32,000 nt of DNA from contig ACYB01000029.1 in the NCBI GenBank assembly GCA_000175855.1, positions 1 through 32,000 on the forward strand, read 5' to 3'. Below the pieces are notes generated by a model. It was not told the origin of the DNA and ran no database searches. It was given only the letters and a program-made list of their open reading frames with translations. The position numbers and the translations under genes are program-made. Origin of the DNA: Raphidiopsis brookii D9. GTDB taxonomy: Bacteria > Cyanobacteriota > Cyanobacteriia > Cyanobacteriales > Nostocaceae. Below, piece by piece: positions 26,128 through 32,000 of the stretch; the stretch's first letter is position 1, and every line of letters begins with the position of its first letter.

Positions 26128-27327
26128 GTGAATAATATAACATTAAATCCTATCAACTCTATTTTAGAGCGATCGCTACTAGGATCAGATATATCACCAT
26201 CAGAAGCAGTAATTTTACTAAAGCAAACTGATCCAGAAACTATAAATACCATTCGGGAAACAGCTGACAAGCTCCGCCAAAAACAAGCAGGAGAGGTGGT
26301 CACCTATGTGATCAATAGGAATATTAACTTTACCAACATTTGTGAACAACATTGTAGTTTTTGCGCATTTCGGAGAGATGACAGTGATGAAGATGCCTAT
26401 TGGCTAGACTGGTCACAAATTTTGGAAAAGTCTGCGGATGCGGTAAGTCGAGGCGCAACGGAAATTTGTATGCAGGGAGGACTAAACCCAAAAGCCCAAA
26501 TCCATGGTAGGTCTCTACCGTATTACATTAAACTAATAGAAACTATTAAACAAAACTTTCCTCAACTACATATACATGCTTTTTCTCCTCAAGAGATACA
26601 ATTTATTGCAAAACTAGACAGTATTTCTTATGAGCGAGTGATTACAGCTTTAAGAGATGCAGGTTTGGGTTCCATACCGGGAACAGCAGCAGAAGTGTTG
26701 GATGATGAGGTCAGAAAAGTATTATGTCCCGAAAAGATTAATACAGCAACATGGCTAGAAATTATCACTACGGCCCACCAATTAGGTTTATGTACTACCA
26801 GCACTATGTTGTCTGGACATATTGAAACTCCAGAACAACAAATTACACATTTAGAAAAACTGCGCCAACTCCAGCAAGCAGCACACAAAAAAGAATATCC
26901 AGGCCAAATTACCGAATTTATTTTACTTCCATTTGTGGGTCAAGACGTACCAAAACCCCTACGTCGTCGAGTTGGTAGAGACCAACCTATTTTAGCTGAT
27001 GCACTCTTACTAACAGCAGTAGCAAGAATATTTTTGGGTAAGTACATACCTAACCATCAACCAAGCTGGGTTAAATTAGGACTGACCGGTGCTGTGGAAG
27101 CTTTAAATTGGGGTTGTAACGATATCGGAGGGACTTTAATGGAAGAACACATTACTACCATGGCTGGTGCAATCGGTGGCACATGTATGGAAGTAGAAAC
27201 CCTACAAAGTGCCATCCTATCTTTAAATAGAACATATAAACAGCGTAATACTCTGTATGTTCGCTTGTCTTCAGGTTTAAACCCCAGGGAGAAGTCAATC
27301 TCTGGATACCAATCCAAGATAGGATGA
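26128..27327 (+). CDS. cofH: Radical-SAM FO (7,8-didemethyl-8-hydroxy-5-deazariboflavin) synthase subunit CofH
   Basis: [23 protein letters not shown] (CxxxCxxC cluster), and the length and C-terminal pattern fit the CofH/MqnC/MqnE clade. CofH is chosen because cyanobacteria generally make FO and lack the futalosine route (established knowledge). Confidence 0.75.
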   Translation: MNNITLNPINSILERSLLGSDISPSEAVILLKQTDPETINTIRETADKLRQKQAGEVVTYVINRNINFTNICEQHCSFCAFRRDDSDEDAYWLDWSQILEKSADAVSRGATEICMQGGLNPKAQIHGRSLPYYIKLIETIKQNFPQLHIHAFSPQEIQFIAKLDSISYERVITALRDAGLGSIPGTAAEVLDDEVRKVLCPEKINTATWLEIITTAHQLGLCTTSTMLSGHIETPEQQITHLEKLRQLQQAAHKKEYPGQITEFILLPFVGQDVPKPLRRRVGRDQPILADALLLTAVARIFLGKYIPNHQPSWVKLGLTGAVEALNWGCNDIGGTLMEEHITTMAGAIGGTCMEVETLQSAILSLNRTYKQRNTLYVRLSSGLNPREKSISGYQSKIG

Positions 27328-27363
27328 AACTTGATTTACCTATTGTTTTTGTTTTAATTGGAT

Positions 27364-27762
27364 ATGAAGAGTTATTGGTCGCGTCTGCTGACACTGATTT
27401 TAGTGATTACCATTGGTTTAATGGGTTGTTCCGGTAGTCCCGATAGTTTAACTGGAGATTATCGTCAAGACACTCTAGCAGTTGTTAAAGTGATGAGACA
27501 GGCCGTGGAATTATCACCTGACGACCCTAATAAAGCAGCAATTCAAGCGGAAGTACGTCAAAAAATCAATGACTTTTCTGCCCGTTATCAGCGTTCCAGT
27601 TCAGTTTCTAGTTTAAGCTCCTTTACGACTATGCGAACCGCCCTGAATACCTTGGCAGGTCATTACAGTTCCTACCCCAATCGTCCCCTTCCCCAAAAGC
27701 TAAAAGAACGCTTGGAATTGGAGTTTAACCGTGTTGAGTTGGCACTTAAGCGTGGTTACTAA
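27364..27762 (+). CDS. psb27: Photosystem II assembly lipoprotein Psb27
   Basis: Signal peptide with lipobox LMGCSG, then LTGDYRQDTLAVV...AGHYSSYPNRPLP..., as in Psb27. Confidence 0.9.
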   Translation: MKSYWSRLLTLILVITIGLMGCSGSPDSLTGDYRQDTLAVVKVMRQAVELSPDDPNKAAIQAEVRQKINDFSARYQRSSSVSSLSSFTTMRTALNTLAGHYSSYPNRPLPQKLKERLELEFNRVELALKRGY

Positions 27763-27765
27763 TTA

Positions 27766-30700
27766 TCATCGTAAATCTGCGAGTCTTTCCGTGAGAATCT
27801 GAGCTTGTTTTTCTGCTTCTGCTAGAGCATCTCTAGCAGTTTGCACCACAGCAGGGGGAGCTTTATCAACAAAGTTGGCATTATTCAACCTTCCCGTTAA
27901 AGCATCTATTTCTGCTTGCACTTTACCTAGGCTTTTTTCTAATTTGGCTCGCAATACTTCTACATCAACTACTCCAGTTAGGGGAATTACTATCTGCACC
28001 GTACCTACCACACCTGCAATGGAATTTTCCTTCACACTTACCCTAGGTTCTGTGGATTTTGTAAATTCGGTTTCCGGTGCTTTTGCAGGAGCTGGAAAAT
28101 ATTTAGCCAAAAATTCTTGTCTGCTTTTCCAGGTGACGAAATGACGCAGAACAAACCAAACTACATAAAACAACCCCACAGCTTCAAATAAACTCCCAAA
28201 AAGTGGTACCCTCAATAGGGTATTGCCCACAAAAAAGGCAACTTTGAGTATCACTAATACACCCAAAATTATGGCTAGGTCTCTGAAATTATCCCAATAG
28301 GGACCGCTCAAAGTTTCACCATTCTTGAGGATATTCTCAAGATTATTTCCCACATTAGTTTTCGCATTAACTTCCGGTTCTTCCCCAAACTCTCTACTCT
28401 CTTGAGGAATGTTAATAGTTAAAGTTTCTACCTTAGCTAGTTCTTTGATATAGTCTTGCCCAACAACTAAAATTGCCCTTTCCTTTTCGCTATCACTTTC
28501 TAAATTAGCAGTTATCTTTGCCCCAGGTTTAACATCAGCTTCTGCACGCAAATTGCGAATATTACGAATGGTAGCAATCAACAAATCAAATTGGTCTTCT
28601 AACTCAGAATTAATTAACTTATCATCCGCTTCTGGATAACTTTGCAAGGCTAAAAACTGCTGGTTGTCTATTGATTGTTGAGTGAGGGTTTGCCAAATTT
28701 CTTCCGTAATATGCGGCATGAAAGGATGTAATAACTTTAACACTCCAGATAAAATGGAGGCTAGTATTTGCTGGGCAGTTTTCCGCGATACCGGATCTGC
28801 ATTGTTTTGCAATCTGGATTTTACCAGTTCAATATACCAATCACAAAAATCTCCCCAAATAAATTCATATAACCCCTTAGCTGCTTCCCCTAACCCATAA
28901 TTATCAATATAGTTGTTGGTTTGTTTTACCACTTGATGATAACGGGAAAGAATCCATCTGTCACTCAGTTCTATCCCCTGGGGTTCCCCCAATTGCTCTG
29001 GTGTTTGTCCGTCCAAATTCATCATCACAAATCTGGCCGCATTCCATAATTTATTAGCAAAATTACGAGATGCTTCTACCGAAACCGATTCATCCTTTTT
29101 CCGGTCATATTCTAAACGAATATCTTGACCTGCACCAACCACCTCCTTTACTAGGGTATAACGTAGAGCGTCCGTACCATATTTATCAATCAACAATAAT
29201 GGATCAATCCCATTATTAGCTGATTTGGACATTTTTTGTTTGTTTTCATCTCGAACAAGACCATGAATATAAACCGTTTGGAAAGGCATTTTTCCAGTGA
29301 AATGTCCAGCCATCATGGTCATTCTTGCTACCCAGAAAAATATAATATCAAAGCCTGTAACAAGAGTGGTTGTGGGGTAATACGCGTCAAAATCAGGTGT
29401 TTTTTCTGGCCATCCCAGGGTAGAAAATGGCCATAACCCGGAAGAAAACCATGTGTCTAATACATCCGGATCTTGAATTAGTTGCACATTTTCACCCCAT
29501 TGGGAGCGGGCCTTTTCTAGGGCCTCCGTTTCGTTGTGAGCCACAAAATAGGGTGTACTGTCCGTAATTTCCCCCCCAGTTTCACTCACAGCATACCAAG
29601 CGGGAATTTGATGACCCCACCACAACTGACGGGAAATACACCAGTCCCTTAGATTGACTAACCAGTCACGATACACTTTTCCCCACCTCTGGGGGACAAA
29701 TTCCGGTGAGTTCTCTTGGTCCAAGAACTCTAGGGTTTTGTCCGCTAGAGGACGAATTTTCACAAACCACTGGGTAGAAAGTAAGGGTTCAACAGGAACT
29801 TTACCGCGATCGCTATAAGGTACTGTATGTTTATATTCTTCTACTTTTATTAGTAGATTTTCCGCTTCTAAACGACTAACTACATTCTTTCTAGCAACAA
29901 ATCGGTCCTGTCCCTGAAACTCCCCCGCATTGTCGTTAAGAGTGCCGTCTTTATTCATAATATTAATAAACGGCAAGTTGTGGCGTTTACCCATTTCAAA
30001 ATCGTTAGGGTCATGGGCGGGGGTAACTTTCACACATCCCGTACCAAAAGCAGGGTCAACCAACTCGTCAGCAATAATTGGGATTTGTCGGTTCATAATC
30101 GGCAAATTTAGGGTTTTTCCGATTAGATCCTTATACCTTGAGTCTTCTGGGTTGACTGCAACTGCTGTGTCTCCTAACATGGTTTCTGGTCTAGTGGTAG
30201 CTACCTCCACATATCCAGTACCATCAGTAAGATAATAGCGAAAATGCCACAGACTACCATTTACTTCCTTGGGTTCTACCTCTAGGTCCGACACAGCAGA
30301 CTGGGAAGCTGGACACCAGTTGACTAAATAATTACTACGGTAAATTAACCCCTCTTCATAAAGTTTAATAAATGCTTCTAAAACAGCTTTTGATAACCCT
30401 TCATCTAAGGTGAAGCGTTCCCGTGACCAATCCACTGAAACACCCAATCGTCGTAACTGATTAATAATCGTACCACCAGACTCAGCTTTCCATTGCCAAG
30501 CCCTTTCTAAGAATTTATCTCTACCTAATTCGTAGCGGTTTTTACCTTCTGATTTAAGTTGTTTTTCTAAAATAGTTTGTACTGCTATACTTGCGTGGTC
30601 AGTACCAGGTAGCCATAGTGTATTCCGTCCTTTCATCCGATGATATCTCACCAGGGCATCAATTAGCGCACTTTCAAAGGCATGACCCATGTGCAAACTA

Positions 30701-30855
30701 CCAGTGACATTTGGAGGCGGAATAACAACACAGTATGGCAGACCCGGGTGGTTAGGATCTGCTTTGTAAATTTGATTTTCTTCCCAGGATGTTTGCCATT
30801 TTGCTTCCGTGGAGAAGGGTTCGTAAAGACTAGGAAGATTGGTGATTGCAGTCAT
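27766..30855 (-). CDS. valS: Valine--tRNA ligase carrying a CAAD-type two-helix membrane insertion in the C-terminal coiled-coil domain
   Basis: HIGH motif [20 protein letters not shown] motif KMSKSANNG, a CP1 editing domain and a C-terminal coiled coil. An insertion of roughly 110-120 aa (about 28040-28400) contains two hydrophobic helices. ATG at 30855 ([13 protein letters not shown]...) is preferred to 30903. Confidence 0.95.
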   Translation of the reverse strand: MTAITNLPSLYEPFSTEAKWQTSWEENQIYKADPNHPGLPYCVVIPPPNVTGSLHMGHAFESALIDALVRYHRMKGRNTLWLPGTDHASIAVQTILEKQLKSEGKNRYELGRDKFLERAWQWKAESGGTIINQLRRLGVSVDWSRERFTLDEGLSKAVLEAFIKLYEEGLIYRSNYLVNWCPASQSAVSDLEVEPKEVNGSLWHFRYYLTDGTGYVEVATTRPETMLGDTAVAVNPEDSRYKDLIGKTLNLPIMNRQIPIIADELVDPAFGTGCVKVTPAHDPNDFEMGKRHNLPFINIMNKDGTLNDNAGEFQGQDRFVARKNVVSRLEAENLLIKVEEYKHTVPYSDRGKVPVEPLLSTQWFVKIRPLADKTLEFLDQENSPEFVPQRWGKVYRDWLVNLRDWCISRQLWWGHQIPAWYAVSETGGEITDSTPYFVAHNETEALEKARSQWGENVQLIQDPDVLDTWFSSGLWPFSTLGWPEKTPDFDAYYPTTTLVTGFDIIFFWVARMTMMAGHFTGKMPFQTVYIHGLVRDENKQKMSKSANNGIDPLLLIDKYGTDALRYTLVKEVVGAGQDIRLEYDRKKDESVSVEASRNFANKLWNAARFVMMNLDGQTPEQLGEPQGIELSDRWILSRYHQVVKQTNNYIDNYGLGEAAKGLYEFIWGDFCDWYIELVKSRLQNNADPVSRKTAQQILASILSGVLKLLHPFMPHITEEIWQTLTQQSIDNQQFLALQSYPEADDKLINSELEDQFDLLIATIRNIRNLRAEADVKPGAKITANLESDSEKERAILVVGQDYIKELAKVETLTINIPQESREFGEEPEVNAKTNVGNNLENILKNGETLSGPYWDNFRDLAIILGVLVILKVAFFVGNTLLRVPLFGSLFEAVGLFYVVWFVLRHFVTWKSRQEFLAKYFPAPAKAPETEFTKSTEPRVSVKENSIAGVVGTVQIVIPLTGVVDVEVLRAKLEKSLGKVQAEIDALTGRLNNANFVDKAPPAVVQTARDALAEAEKQAQILTERLADLR

Positions 30856-31014
30856 GCTAGAAATAATCTGTTTAGGAACTAGTTTTTGAGAACTCGGATC
30901 CATTGTGCCATAAGGTTGAAAACTATGCGAAAAATCAATGGGGAGGAAAATTGGAGAAGCGGGTCTAACCTACCCTATAAAAACATGGAAATTTTCCTCC
31001 TCTGTTAAATTAGT

Positions 31015-32000
31015 CTAAATTAGTCCTGCTGACTCATATAGTCTTTTGAACAGGGCCTTAATTTTTGTTCCATAGTCCAAATCCGCTGACCATCTCCCCG
31101 AAAGTTGATCCACTGAGGGTGCTACCCCCCTAGTCACAAACCTAAAACGTGGATCTACTTCTTCTTGCACTAAGGGTTCTAAACTTGCGTATGCTTTTAA
31201 GTGTTGAATATGAGCTCTCACACCAATTCTCGCACTGTTAAAAGAAGCTGCTTCTGGACCACCACTAATTCCTCCTAAACCAGCAAAATTGTTTTGTTGT
31301 GGTTTAATATCGCCGCCAAATCTTAGAAATCCGGTTTCTAAACACATCTGACAAAAGGCAATGTCATGATTTACACCCTCTAATGTAGCTTCTTCTCGAT
31401 AGAGTTTTGGTATATCTCCAAACTGATTTAAGGCATTTTCGTTGTTGTTGCGCAAAAACAGTTGTAGTTGTACTTCTGTCGTACTACCATTGGAAATTAT
31501 TTGATCAATATGTCCAGCACAAATGGGCAAAACTGACCGCATTTTTACAGTTTTAGTGCTGCTATCCCAAGCAATAGAAATGTTAAAGTCCCGCAGTTCA
31601 ATGGCTTTAACATAAACAATACGACGATAAGTTACACGATTAATATTAGATCCCTGTGATAAATCAATGCGCAGTCTATCTACTAGGTCTACGGGGATAT
31701 AGGAATTACCATTAATTAATATTCCTTGTTCACCATAGTTTTGCCCATTAATATTTATGTTAATTGCCAGATAATTGGCATCTACAGGAGTCCCAGGTTG
31801 AGGATCAACGATTTTACTCCAACCAACTAATCCATCAACAATTCCTAGGGCAAAATCCCGACGACGAGTTTGTAATAAATTCCGGTCTTCTGGACTGGTG
31901 AGAAACCCCACCTGCATCACTAATGCAGGAAGATTGGTTTGACGACAAAATTGTAAACTCCCCAAACCACTATCTGTATCTGGTCTCACTCCCCGACTGG
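31015..32000 (-). CDS. Cell-wall hydrolase, partial: end of an N-acetylmuramoyl-L-alanine amidase domain, a stalk-like repeat, and a C-terminal glucosaminidase domain
   Basis: The frame stays open to the window edge (...SRGVRPDTDSGLGSLQFCRQTNLPALVMQVGFLTSPEDRNLL is the end of an Amidase_3 domain). The C-terminus (HDIAFCQMCLETGFLRFGG...NNFAGLG) resembles mannosyl-glycoprotein endo-beta-N-acetylglucosaminidase. Confidence 0.75.
   Translation of the reverse strand, partial: SRGVRPDTDSGLGSLQFCRQTNLPALVMQVGFLTSPEDRNLLQTRRRDFALGIVDGLVGWSKIVDPQPGTPVDANYLAINININGQNYGEQGILINGNSYIPVDLVDRLRIDLSQGSNINRVTYRRIVYVKAIELRDFNISIAWDSSTKTVKMRSVLPICAGHIDQIISNGSTTEVQLQLFLRNNNENALNQFGDIPKLYREEATLEGVNHDIAFCQMCLETGFLRFGGDIKPQQNNFAGLGGISGGPEAASFNSARIGVRAHIQHLKAYASLEPLVQEEVDPRFRFVTRGVAPSVDQLSGRWSADLDYGTKIKALFKRLYESAGLI

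Overview
This is a cyanobacterial chromosomal window. The HIP1 octamer GCGATCGC recurs throughout (e.g. 16-23, 970-977, 1025-1032, 7707-7714). Gene content includes psb27, rpaA, cofH, a class II FBP aldolase and a ValRS carrying a membrane-domain insertion, which points to a filamentous Nostocales-type genome (inference). The window splits into two parts. (1) Positions 1-5900 are an accessory patch. It holds two Uma2 (DUF820) nuclease-like genes, an apparently intact antitoxin/RelE-ParE pair, and three decayed copies of a ribbon-helix-helix antitoxin gene that make up a ~185-bp inverted repeat. It also holds an apparently intact IS630-family element with a -1 frameshift site and TA target duplication, the stump of an IS607-type element (5'-truncated serine-recombinase tnpA plus an internally deleted tnpB), and a tight same-strand cassette of uncharacterised ORFs (4682-5907), the first broken at an A7 run. 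(2) Positions 6000-32000 are ordinary core genes: TerC-family protein, ndk, thrC, an ABC-F ATPase, tRNA-Thr(CGU), pgeF, an NDH-2-type oxidoreductase, HAD hydrolase, DMT transporter, nitrilase-family amidase, fba, an MsbA-like exporter, an ABC-2 permease, rpaA, an Sfp-type PPTase, a GT2-GtrA glycosyltransferase, cofH, psb27, valS and a partial cell-wall amidase/glucosaminidase. I found no rRNA or CRISPR array. The best candidate for something undescribed is the 4682-5907 cassette. I cannot assign it a function from sequence alone. Most other findings are mobile-element or TA archaeology, homopolymer frameshifts and small structural motifs.
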